A DNA stretch of 64,000 nt from Nitrospirota bacterium (GCA_963741205.1 CAVUHW010000020.1:192001-256000); one strand, 5' to 3'; positions 41,411 through 50,866 are shown, numbered from the stretch's first letter. The notes: generated by a model from the sequence alone, not told the origin. A program made the numbers and translations.

Positions 41411-41587
41411 TTAGTCGGCGCGCAGTTCTTTTCTATTCGCCGGTCTCTGGTAGTCATGCATGGAAGGCCGATCGGTCTTTCTGGGTCTGTCTTCATTCAT
41501 GATCTCGCGCGCCATCTCGAATTCACCTTCTTCGGCGAACGCCGCCGCCACCATGGCTGTTTCGAATTTCTTAAATATGTTCTTCAT
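41411..41587 (-). CDS. Small protein with an AAAFAEEGE motif
   Basis: 58 aa from ATG 41587 with AAGGAGGG RBS; first gene after the sigma54 promoter. Confidence 0.7.
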   Translation of the reverse strand: MKNIFKKFETAMVAAAFAEEGEFEMAREIMNEDRPRKTDRPSMHDYQRPANRKELRAD

Positions 41588-41625
41588 GGTCTTTCCCTCC
41601 TTTCGTGTAATCTGATCAGAACTAA

Positions 41626-41642
41626 TACAAGCTCCGTGCCAA
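41626..41642 (-). promoter_or_regulatory. Sigma54 -24/-12 promoter
   Basis: Minus strand TTGGCACGGAGCTTGTA (TGGCAC-N5-TTGTA); IHF-like TAACACATTGAAA at 41658-41670. Confidence 0.7.
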
Positions 41643-41701
41643 AGATGAATCGGCACTTAACACATTGAAATTATGTATGATTCAACTGGACGATGGGCTG
41701 A

Positions 41702-41845
41702 CGTTTTAAAACAATGCTTTTAGGAGTAGTGGTGTGATCGTTTTAAAATGCAATGCCTTTTCTCGATAACCGTTTACCCATTTGAAAATACAATAATGTT
41801 TTATTGGGTGTTGCAATAGAATTGAAAACGTTGTAAAATGCAACC
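41702..41845. promoter_or_regulatory. Candidate enhancer (UAS) sites for a sigma54 activator
   Basis: CGTTTTAAAACAATG, CGTTTTAAAATGCAATG, ATTTGAAAATACAAT and CGTTGTAAAATGCAAC: variants of a GTTGCA-N3-TGCAAC dyad, 60-200 bp upstream of the promoter. Confidence 0.55.
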
Positions 41846-41917
41846 AATTGCAAATTAATGACCTCGTCCGTGTACATTCGTGGTTAAAAATTCTTTTGTT
41901 CCCGTTCAGGCTTAAGC

Positions 41918-43920
41918 ATGAAATTTTTCAAAAAATCAGAAGACGACCACCGGGATGCCCTCATAGAAGAACTGCGCCAGAAGATATCGTCGGCGCTGAT
42001 GCCGGATGCCGTCCTGAAGATCGCCGAACAGGAACTGGACGTCATTTCGCGAAGATCAGCCCCTCGTCCGCCGAATACACCATCGGCATCACCTACCTTG
42101 ATTATCTCCTGTCTCTTCCCTGGAACAGGAAAACGGAAGACAATCTCGATCTTGCGCGCGCGGAACGGATCATGAACGAAGAACCATTACGGCCTGGACA
42201 AGATTAAGGAGCGGGTGCTGGAACACCTGGCCGTCAAGGTGCTCATGATGAGCAAAAAAGCGCGCATTCTGATCGTCGATGACGAGGAGATCGCCCGCAA
42301 AAACCTCGCCCACGTGCTCACAAAAGAAGAATACGACGTGGTCACGGCCGCTGACGGCGAGAGTGCGCTCAAGGCAACTGGAGGCTGAGGAGTTCGACGT
42401 GGTGCTCACGGATCTTCGCATGGGCAGGATCGACGGGATGGACCTTCTGGACCGTATCAAGGTCCGCGTTTCCGGAGACCCGGGTCATCATGGTGACGGG
42501 CTTCGCCACGGTCCCGTCAGCCATCGAGGCCATGCAGAAGGGCGCCTTCCATTACATCGCAAAGCCTTTCAAGCTGGACGAGGTGCGGGCGGCGATCAAA
42601 CTGGCGCTGGAGAAAAAGACGATCAGGGCGAACACGAAAGGCTCGGTCCTCTGTTTCGCCGGCCCCCCGGGGACGGGAAAGACATCCCTGGGCCGGTCTA
42701 TTGCCCGCGCCCTCGGCCGCAAGTTCACGCGCATCAGCCTGGGCGGCCTCAAGGACGAGGCGGACATCCGCGGACACCGGCGCACCTACGTGGGGGCTAA
42801 ACCCGGCAGGGTGATCGAGGAGATCCGCCGCGTGGAATCGGCCAATCCCGTGATCATGCTCGACGAGTTGGACAAGATCGGCCGGGACTTCAAAGGTGAC
42901 CCCGAGTCGGCCCTGCTCGAGGTGCTCGACCCGGAGCAAAACTGCGCCTTCGTGGACCATTATCTGGACGCCCCCTTCGACCTGTCGAGCGTTATGTTCA
43001 TCCTCACCGCGAACATGCTCGATACGGTCCCCGCCCCGCTCCGCGACCGCATGGAGGTCATCGAGTTCTCCGGCTACACCCAGGAGGAAAAGTCGCATAT
43101 CGCGAGCCGGTTCCTCTGCCCAAAACAGGTCCGGGAGAAGGGGCTGTCCCCCGACGATGTCTCCTTCACCGACGAAGCCATCACAAAGATCATCCAGGAA
43201 TACACGCGCGAGGCAGGGATAAGGAACCTCGAACGGAAGATCGCGACCATCTGCCGCAAAATAGCGAAGGAGTCCGTCGAAAGCCGGGGCGCGCCGCAGC
43301 CGGTCCGGATTACCCCGGAAGCCGTGGAGCGCTATCTCGGCAGGCGCAGGTACCACTTCGACGTCATCGAGGAACAGGACCGGGTCGGCGTGGCCACGGG
43401 CCTCGTACGCACCGAAACCGGCGGCGAGATCATCTTCGTCGAGGCCGCGAAAATGAAAGGCACGAAGGAACTGATCATCACCGGATCACTCGGCGACGTC
43501 ATGCGCGAATCGGCGCAGGCGGCGCTGTCCTACATCCGGAGCAACTCCGGCGAGTTCGGCATCGCGGACGATTTTTTTGAATACCACGATATCCACATCC
43601 ATGTGCCCTCGGGCGCGATCCAGAAGGACGGCCCTTCGGCGGGCGTCACTATTCTCGTCGCCCTTGCCTCTCTCCTGACCCGCCGGCCGGCCCGGCGCGA
43701 CATAGCCATGACCGGCGAAATCACCCTCACCGGACGGATACTCCCTGTGGGAGGCATCCGCGAAAAGGTGCTTGCCGCGAAACGCGCGATGGTCAGGACC
43801 ATGATTGTGCCCCTGCGCAACCGCGACGACGTGGAGGAACTGACCGACGACGTGAAGGCCGGCATCGAAATCCGACTCGCCGACACCGTCAAGGATGTCG
43901 TGAGCGCGGTGCTGATGTAA
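41918..43920 (+). CDS. lon: Lon (S16) protease lacking the N-terminal domain, with a receiver domain inserted in the AAA+ module (about 4 indels in the 5' third)
   Basis: [27 protein letters not shown], then REC, then [47 protein letters not shown] (Ser) and GGIREK (Lys). Confidence 0.9.
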
Positions 43921-43927
43921 GATACGG

Positions 43928-44017
43928 AAGCAGTTGCAGGCGCATAGTTCAGCGCACAGGTAGTAAAACCATGCCAGCGTGACTAACTCTGCTACACTGC
44001 TACTTGCTACTTGCTTT
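43928..44017. repeat. Degenerate heptamer-periodic element (TTGCTAC units)
   Basis: CTGCTAC-A-CTGCTAC-TTGCTAC-TTGCTTT with a loosely complementary GCAG/GTAG-rich left arm. Confidence 0.5.
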
Positions 44018-44027
44018 AAGTATAACC

Positions 44028-45608
44028 ATGTTCAACTACCAGCCCAGCATACGACAGAAGATCACCCTCGGCTACTACGCGATCGTCGCGATGATTATCG
44101 GCCTGACCATGTTCACCTTCCTCGAACTGCGCTTCATCGAACAGAAGATCATCTTCGGCGAGACCATCTCGGAATTTTTCGACACGACCCTTGAGCTCCG
44201 TCGCTTCGAGAAGAACTTTTTTCTGTATGAAGAGCGATCGGACTACGACGAGAACATAAATTATATTAACAAGGCGCAAGACATCATCGATCGCAACGTC
44301 CGCGGGTTCAGCACACTCGCCTCGTCCGGGCAAATCTCCCTGCTCCAGGTCAGCCTCAAGAACTACCGGAATCTTATGGAGCTTTATGCGGTAACGGACG
44401 AACGCTACGCTGCCCGCAGGAACATTCTGGCAGGGAAAATACGGCTGGCCGGCAAGGACATCATCGCCATAGCGGAAGAGATCTCGAAGACCGAGCGCAA
44501 AAGCCTGCAGCAGCTCCTGAGCAGCTCCCAGCGCATTCTCATCATCTCCATCGTCATCCTTTCCGTCTCCGTTATCAGCATCGGTCAGATACTCTCGCGC
44601 ATGGTGGTGAGGCCGCTGAAGTCCCTGGAAGAAAGCATGGGGGTCATCGCGGAGGGAAAGTTCGAGCGCGTGGCCATCGATTCGAAGGACCGGGAGATCG
44701 TCTCGCTCACCAAGGCCTTCAATAAGATGCTGAAGCAACTGGAGCTGCATGAGCGGCACCTGATCCAGTCGGAGAAGCTCGCTTCCCTGGGCACGCTGCT
44801 CTCCGGCGTAGCGCACGAGTTGAACAACCCCCTCTCGAACATATCCTCCTCGAACCAGATATTGATGGAGGAGCTCAAAGAGGGCCTGGGGTCCGGGATC
44901 GCGGGCCGGGATAAAGCGGCAAGCGCGGAGGAGAGCGCGGCAGGGATCGCCCCCGACCTTCGTTTCTCGTCTCTCGACCCTGAGTTCATCCTGGAGCTGA
45001 GCAGCCAGATCAACGACCAGACCGACCGCGCGCGTAACATCGTCCGCTCGCTCCTGGATTTTTCACGGGACCGTGAGTTTAAAAAGGAGCGGGTGTCCCT
45101 CCGGAAGATCATCGAAGAGACGATTCAATTCGTCAAGGGCCAGGTGCCGACAAATGTCGCGGTCACGCTCGCCGTTCCCGACGACATCGTCATTGTCGCC
45201 GACAAGCAGCGCATGCAACAGGTTTTTCTGAACCTGATCAAAAACGCCATAGAGGCAATCACGTCAAACGTGGGATTGGTCTCGATCAAGGCGGAGAAAC
45301 GGCGGGCGATGGACGACTTCGACGACGAAAAGATCGGCATCTCCAACTACCTCAAGTACCGCGGCAAATGCACCCTCGATCAGGACACCGTCGACATAGA
45401 AATCCGGGACAACGGATCCGGCATCCCCCTCGACCTCGTCCCCAAGGTATTCGACCCCTTTTTCACGACCAAGGACGTCGGCAAGGGCTCCGGGCTCGGA
45501 CTCTTCATCGTCCACGAGATCATCGAGGAGCATGACGGCTGCATTGCCGTGGACAGCGAGCCGGGAAAAGGAACGGCGTTCCTGATCCGGCTGCCGCGTA
45601 AGGAGTAA
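44028..45608 (+). CDS. Sensor histidine kinase (TM-periplasmic-TM-HAMP-HisKA-HATPase)
   Basis: SEKLASLGTLLSGVAHELNNPL, NLIKNA, DNGSGI, FFTTK and GSGLGL. Confidence 0.95.
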   Translation: MFNYQPSIRQKITLGYYAIVAMIIGLTMFTFLELRFIEQKIIFGETISEFFDTTLELRRFEKNFFLYEERSDYDENINYINKAQDIIDRNVRGFSTLASSGQISLLQVSLKNYRNLMELYAVTDERYAARRNILAGKIRLAGKDIIAIAEEISKTERKSLQQLLSSSQRILIISIVILSVSVISIGQILSRMVVRPLKSLEESMGVIAEGKFERVAIDSKDREIVSLTKAFNKMLKQLELHERHLIQSEKLASLGTLLSGVAHELNNPLSNISSSNQILMEELKEGLGSGIAGRDKAASAEESAAGIAPDLRFSSLDPEFILELSSQINDQTDRARNIVRSLLDFSRDREFKKERVSLRKIIEETIQFVKGQVPTNVAVTLAVPDDIVIVADKQRMQQVFLNLIKNAIEAITSNVGLVSIKAEKRRAMDDFDDEKIGISNYLKYRGKCTLDQDTVDIEIRDNGSGIPLDLVPKVFDPFFTTKDVGKGSGLGLFIVHEIIEEHDGCIAVDSEPGKGTAFLIRLPRKE

Positions 45609-45615
45609 TCTATTC

Positions 45616-46977
45616 ATGCAAGAAACCGCAAAGCTACTCATTGTCGATGACGAACGGATCGCGCTCCGGAACCTCGAGCATGTGATGAAAAAAGAAGGCT
45701 ACGAAGTGACCGGCACGCAGAGCGGGCCGAACGCCCTCAAGCTCCTCGAAGATCAGCAATTCGATGTGGTTCTTACCGACCTCCGCATGGAAAAGGTCGA
45801 CGGCATGCAGATCCTCAGGAAAACCCGCGAGCTCTACCCGGACACGGAAGTGATCATGATTACCGGATATGCGACCCTCGATTCGGCGGTTGAGTCGATG
45901 AAACACGGCGCATTCTACTATATCGCGAAACCCTTCAAACTCGAGGAAGTGCGCAAGGTCGTTCAGGAGGCTTTGCATAAGGTCCGTCTCAAGATGGAGA
46001 ACCGCCACCTCCGGGAGCAGCTCGACAGCTACCAGGGCAAGGTCAAGATCATTACTCAGGACCCGTCCATGCAGAAACTCCTCGAGACAGCCCGGCAGAT
46101 CGCGCCCACGGACTGCAATGTACTTATCACCGGCGAGAGCGGCACGGGCAAGGAGCTCTTCGCCCGGTTCATTCACCTGAACAGCAATCGCGCAACCGGC
46201 CCCTTTTTCGCCATCAACTGCGGCGCCTTTACCGAGGAACTCCTGTCGAACGAGCTTTTCGGCCACGAAAAGGGCGCTTTTACCGGGGCGAACAATATGA
46301 AGAAAGGCCTGATCGAGATGGCGTCGGGGGGCACGCTGTTCATGGATGAGGTCACGGAGATGCCGTCGTCCATGCAGGTAAAGCTCCTCCGGGTCATCCA
46401 GGAAAAGGAGGTCCTTCGCGTCGGCGGCACCGAGCCGACCAAGGTGGACGTGCGGCTCGTCGCTGCCACGAACCGGGACATTCACGATTCCATGAAGACC
46501 GGCTCTTTCCGGCAGGACCTCTACTTCCGCCTGAACGTCGTCTCGCTCCGCATCCCGCCCCTCGCGGAACGGAGGGACGACATTCCCCTCCTCTCCTACT
46601 ATTTTCTGAAGAAATACTCCGTGCTCATGAAAAAAGAGGTCAAGGAGATCGCCGAAGATGTGATCGCCCTGCTCATGAACTATGACTTTCCGGGAAACGT
46701 GCGCGAACTCGAGAACATCATGGAGCGCGGGGTGGCGCTCTCGAACGGCCAGATCATCGAGACGGGCCATCTGCCCGAGGACCTGCGGGAGCTCAGCATC
46801 AAGACTTTTCGTAAAAAGGAGGGCAAGATCCCGTCTCTCGATGAGCAGGAAGAGTCCTATATCAAGTGGGTTCTCGCCGAGGTGGGCGGCAACAAGACCC
46901 TCGCCTCGCAGATCCTCGGCATCGACCGCGTCTCGCTGTGGCGAAAACTCAAGAAGTACGGGCTTGAAGCGGAATAG
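45616..46977 (+). CDS. NtrC-family sigma54-dependent response regulator
   Basis: REC, GESGTGKE, ELFGHEKGAFTGA, FRQDLYFRL, FPGNVREL and a Fis-type HTH. Confidence 0.95.
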   Translation: MQETAKLLIVDDERIALRNLEHVMKKEGYEVTGTQSGPNALKLLEDQQFDVVLTDLRMEKVDGMQILRKTRELYPDTEVIMITGYATLDSAVESMKHGAFYYIAKPFKLEEVRKVVQEALHKVRLKMENRHLREQLDSYQGKVKIITQDPSMQKLLETARQIAPTDCNVLITGESGTGKELFARFIHLNSNRATGPFFAINCGAFTEELLSNELFGHEKGAFTGANNMKKGLIEMASGGTLFMDEVTEMPSSMQVKLLRVIQEKEVLRVGGTEPTKVDVRLVAATNRDIHDSMKTGSFRQDLYFRLNVVSLRIPPLAERRDDIPLLSYYFLKKYSVLMKKEVKEIAEDVIALLMNYDFPGNVRELENIMERGVALSNGQIIETGHLPEDLRELSIKTFRKKEGKIPSLDEQEESYIKWVLAEVGGNKTLASQILGIDRVSLWRKLKKYGLEAE

Positions 46978-47039
46978 CGATCTTGAAGGAAATCTCTTGC
47001 GGAACCGGCAAATAAGATTTATAGTGCCGGGGTCATGAA

Positions 47040-47130
47040 CTCTGGAGTGAGCGCAGCGAGCGAATACGATAATATTTCAAACCCCAAGAGTCGAAGCTTC
47101 CCCGAAGCTTGCTCAGGGGAAGTTTCAATT
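47040..47130. repeat. Palindromic REP/MITE-like intergenic element
   Basis: CTTCCCCGAAGCTTGCTCAGGGGAAG hairpin plus GAGCGCAGCGAGCGAA; single copy in this window. Confidence 0.35.
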
Positions 47131-47135
47131 TCAGC

Positions 47136-47330
47136 ATGAAATCCGATAAAATCATCCTGATCGCCGGCGTCGTCCTGCTCGCGGCCTTGGCGTTCAAGTC
47201 GCTGAAGCAGATGATCTTTTTATCGTTCACCCTGCTTTCGCTGAAAATAGTCTGGGTGCTTCTCGTCGTTCTGTATATTCTGACGGTACTAAAAAAACGC
47301 ACGCGTTCATCGCGTGATGTGAAAAAATAA
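47136..47330 (+). CDS. Small membrane protein
   Basis: 64 aa hydrophobic ORF immediately upstream of tatA. Confidence 0.45.
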   Translation: MKSDKIILIAGVVLLAALAFKSLKQMIFLSFTLLSLKIVWVLLVVLYILTVLKKRTRSSRDVKK

Positions 47331-47355
47331 CATTCTTGAGCGGAGGAACAGTAAA

Positions 47356-47547
47356 ATGGGTAGAGGTCTCTTTCAACCGATGCATCTGATTCTTATCCTC
47401 GTGATCGTCCTGATCATCTTCGGTCCGGGAAAACTCCCCCAGCTTGGCGAAAGTCTCGGGAAAAGCATCAGGGGCTTCAAGAAGGCCATGTCCGAGAAAG
47501 ATGATGAGCAGGTAATTGCAGCGAAGAAGGAAGAGAAAAAACCGTAG
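47356..47547 (+). CDS. tatA: Twin-arginine translocase TatA/E subunit (second copy)
   Basis: [28 protein letters not shown]; GGAGGA RBS. Confidence 0.9.
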   Translation: MGRGLFQPMHLILILVIVLIIFGPGKLPQLGESLGKSIRGFKKAMSEKDDEQVIAAKKEEKKP

Positions 47548-47995
47548 ATACTTGTCACCCGAACCGCGATACCCCATAGTCGCTATTCGAGAGGACCTTT
47601 TTTTACCGTCATCCCTGGCTTGCAAGCCTGCCGCTCGTATGCTGTCTTCAACGCTAATAACCGCCCCCCTTGCGGATGCCGCTGCAGTCAAGCCTCCTGT
47701 AGACGAACAATGAATACCGTACATCTCTCGACCCATGATTTATTTCTAAACCCCTTCTATTTTTTTTCTATCACCGCCTTTTCCGCCGAATCACGCAGAA
47801 TAAATAATTTTCAATAAAAAAATGATTACTAGGGAATTATAGTCTAAAAAATTGGCTATAATTAGCAGAAAGTGCTTCGGGGAAGACAAGTGGCGGTCAA
47901 ATTTAATATTTTTTTTGGTAATAACCATTTTTCTAGCTAATACGAGCTACGTGAAAAAAGGGCTTCTAGATCGCTCTTTGTTCAGGGGACGTGCC

Positions 47996-48733
47996 ATGAT
48001 CGTAAAGGTAGCTATGCTTTCGGCTACCATAGCCATGTTCCTTTCTTTTCATTCATTCTCCTTTGCCTATGAAACCCGAGAGGTCAAAGACGGCGGGAGC
48101 ATCGAAGGAGTGGTTGAGTATTCGGGGGCGACCATCCCGAAGGACCCTACGATGACGTTAACTTCCGAGACAGCGTACTGCGGCAAGAGCCTGCCCGCGG
48201 AAAGATATCTGATCAAGGACCGGAAAGTCAAGAATGCGGTTGTCTATTTGGTCAGGATCGAAGCGGGTAAAAAGGTCCCCAACGAGCCGGTCATCATAAC
48301 GAATACAAAATGTAAATTTGAACCCCACGTTTCCGTTGGGTTCAAGGGTAATCTTTTCACAGCAAAAAACGATGATCCGGTTCTGCACCAATTCGATATT
48401 CATGCCGCGATAGGCGGCGCTGAAATCTATAGTGTAAGTCTTCATGAACAAGGGTCCTCGGTGACAAAGACCCTCCCGAAGACCGGCCTTATGGAACTGA
48501 GTTGTTATGTCCATCCGTGGCAGCGCGCATATGTCTACATTTTCGACCATCCCTATGCAACGGTCACCGACGAAAATGGCTCGTTTGTCATGAAAGAAGT
48601 CCCGCCTGGAACATACACGGTCGCGGTCTGGCACGAATCACTTGGAATCAATGAAATCAGGGATGTCAAAGTGGAAAGCTTGAAGGCCAGCATCATCAGA
48701 CTAAAATACACCCATGAAGTAAAACTTCAATAA
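47996..48733 (+). CDS. Secreted cupredoxin-like / carboxypeptidase-regulatory-like domain protein, paralog 1
   Basis: Signal peptide, GSIEGVV, KCKFEPHV, NDDPVLH, CYVHPWQ and VPPGTYTVAVWHE. Confidence 0.75.
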   Translation: MIVKVAMLSATIAMFLSFHSFSFAYETREVKDGGSIEGVVEYSGATIPKDPTMTLTSETAYCGKSLPAERYLIKDRKVKNAVVYLVRIEAGKKVPNEPVIITNTKCKFEPHVSVGFKGNLFTAKNDDPVLHQFDIHAAIGGAEIYSVSLHEQGSSVTKTLPKTGLMELSCYVHPWQRAYVYIFDHPYATVTDENGSFVMKEVPPGTYTVAVWHESLGINEIRDVKVESLKASIIRLKYTHEVKLQ

Positions 48734-48748
48734 GAAGGAGGGTCCGAG

Positions 48749-49463
48749 ATGAAGAGGATGATCGTTGCAGCAGGTATTCTTGTCGATATTGTTTTCCTTT
48801 TCCCCGGCTGCTTTCGCCTATGAGACGATTGAAGTAAAAAACGGCGGAAGCATCGAGGGGGTGGTGGAGTACACGGGAGCCACGGTACCGAAAGACCAGA
48901 TGGTTAAGCTCAGTTCCGAGACCAAGTACTGCGGCCAGAGCATGCCGGCTGAAAAGTACCTTATCAAGGACAAGAAAATCAAGAACGTGGTTGTATATAT
49001 AGAAGAGATCAAGGCCGGCAAGGCGGTCCCAGCCGAGCCCGTTACGCTTACGAACCTGAAATGCGCCTTCGAGCCGCATGTTGCCGTGGGATTCAAGGGA
49101 AGCAAGTTCATCGAGCGCAACGACGACCCGATATTCCATAACATCCATACGTATATCAACGGGAAGACCATGTATAACATCGGACTTCCCGAAAAAGGTT
49201 CATCGGTCACAAAGCCCCTGACCAAGGCGGGAATCATCGAAGTGACCTGCGACAGCCACCCCTGGATGCACGGCTATCTCTACGTGTCTGAGAACCCCTA
49301 TGCCGCGGTCACGAACGATACGGGCGAGTTTTCGCTCAAAGATGTCCCCCCGGGCACCTATACCGTCGAGGCCTGGCATGAGGCGCTCGGCAAAACAAAA
49401 ATAACAAGCGTCAAGGTGGAAAGCGGCAAGGCAAGCAAGGTAACGCTGGAGTATAAGAAGTAA
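48749..49463 (+). CDS. Secreted cupredoxin-like / carboxypeptidase-regulatory-like domain protein, paralog 2 (indel in the signal peptide)
   Basis: AAGGAGG RBS before ATG 48749; KCAFEPHV, NDDPIFHNIH, CDSHPWM and VPPGTYTVEAWHE. Confidence 0.75.
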
Positions 49464-49486
49464 TATTTCATCACGAGGAGGATAAC

Positions 49487-50797
49487 ATGAAAAAGGCATT
49501 ATTGCTCGTAGTGGTACTGATTGTCTCCATTATGGTGATGTCGACTGATTCTCAAGCCGTTCCATCCTTTGCGCGTCAGGTTCAGAAGCCCTGCACTGCC
49601 TGCCATACGATATGGCCGAATCTGAACCAGGCCGGAAGGCAGTTCAAGGTAAAGGCCTATACGGACGTGAGCGAAAAGTGGGACATGATCAACAAGGACA
49701 ACATGAATTTAGCGACGGTCTTTCCGTTTTCAGCGAGGGTAATATTTTTCCCGGAGGTACATGAATCAGGCAACCCCGAAGCTGCATCACAGAGTTCAAC
49801 CTCTCTGGATCAAGTCGCGCTTGTTCATCGCAAGCCGGGTCTATGACTATGCGGGCGTGTTCGCGAGTGCCGAGTTTTCTCCCGATGATAACAGCTTCGG
49901 ACTGCCCACGGTCAAATTGGCCTTTCAATATCCCCTCGGAGAGGGCAACACGGTAGGTCTGGTCGTCTTCAAGGGGCTTGCTTCCGGTGCAGATCCCTTC
50001 AACGCCTTGGGCGGCAGAGACCGCTCGCTGAGCTGGGGGGATGAGAGCAGGCCGTTGATCCTCACGTCGGGTTGGACATTTAACTTTTCCAGCGAAGGAA
50101 ACGTCGGTACCGTGGCCCACGGGTACTTCTTCGGCAACCGCCTCTACGCCGCAGTCGGAGGGCTGAGAGGCGGACTTTCTGCCGACGCGGAGACGCCGGG
50201 AAGCGGAGCCCTTGTCAATACGACGGCTAATATCTCTGACACGGATCCCTATGACCTGATCGCCCGCATCGCCTGGGACCAGAAACTGCCCAATGGAGCA
50301 GTCACCGTGGGGGTCGCCTACTACGGCGGCACGCAGCGTATCATAGCCACCCCCACTACAGCAAGCCTCATTTTTCCATATGATGCCAAGGTCAAAAGGA
50401 ACTACGTCGATGTGTCGCTGGAGCAGAATATCGGCGAGGATCATCTCATCGAGGTTCAGGCCTTGTACGGAATCGGCCAAGAAGAAAATGTCTTCGGCGG
50501 GAATGAGACAAGAAAGTTCGACGGTCTGTACCTCGAGGCCAGCTATTTCTATGACAGAAAGGTGGGTCTCGTCCTCGCAACGAACAATATCAAGTTCAAG
50601 GACGTCGATGCAGACCGACCGTGACCGGGCATCAGGACAAAATTGATTCGTGGCTTGCCTCCGTCAATTTCCTGCCGTGGCTCAACACGAAGTTTGCCAT
50701 CCAATACGTCAATACCAAGACGACCTTCGTGGACTCCGATGTCGAGCCGGACGTGACCGACAAGATCACCAGGGTCGTCCTGGACATGTTGTTTTAG
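49487..50797 (+). CDS. Cyc2-like fused monoheme cytochrome c / outer-membrane porin (indels near 49820 and 50615)
   Basis: Signal peptide, then AVPSFARQVQKPCTACHTIWPNLNQAGRQFKVKAY matching the Cyc2 AxPxFAR..CxxCH..PxL..GxxF signature; amphipathic beta-strands; ends ...VVLDMLF; about 435 aa. Confidence 0.8.
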
Positions 50798-50805
50798 GTC
50801 GCGAA

Positions 50806-50843
50806 ATCCCCCGGGGACGAGGCTGCCCCCGGGGGATGGTTTT
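50806..50843 (+). terminator. Intra-operon hairpin (terminator or mRNA stabiliser) after the cyc2-like gene
   Basis: ATCCCCCGGGG...CCCCGGGGGAT-GGTTTT. Confidence 0.6.
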
Positions 50844-50866
50844 CCCAAACAAGCGGGAGGTTCGGA

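Noticed and set aside
17711-44017. Heptamer tracts as CRISPR arrays
   Set aside because: Units are 7 nt and degenerate, with no 25-40 nt repeats, unique spacers or cas genes.
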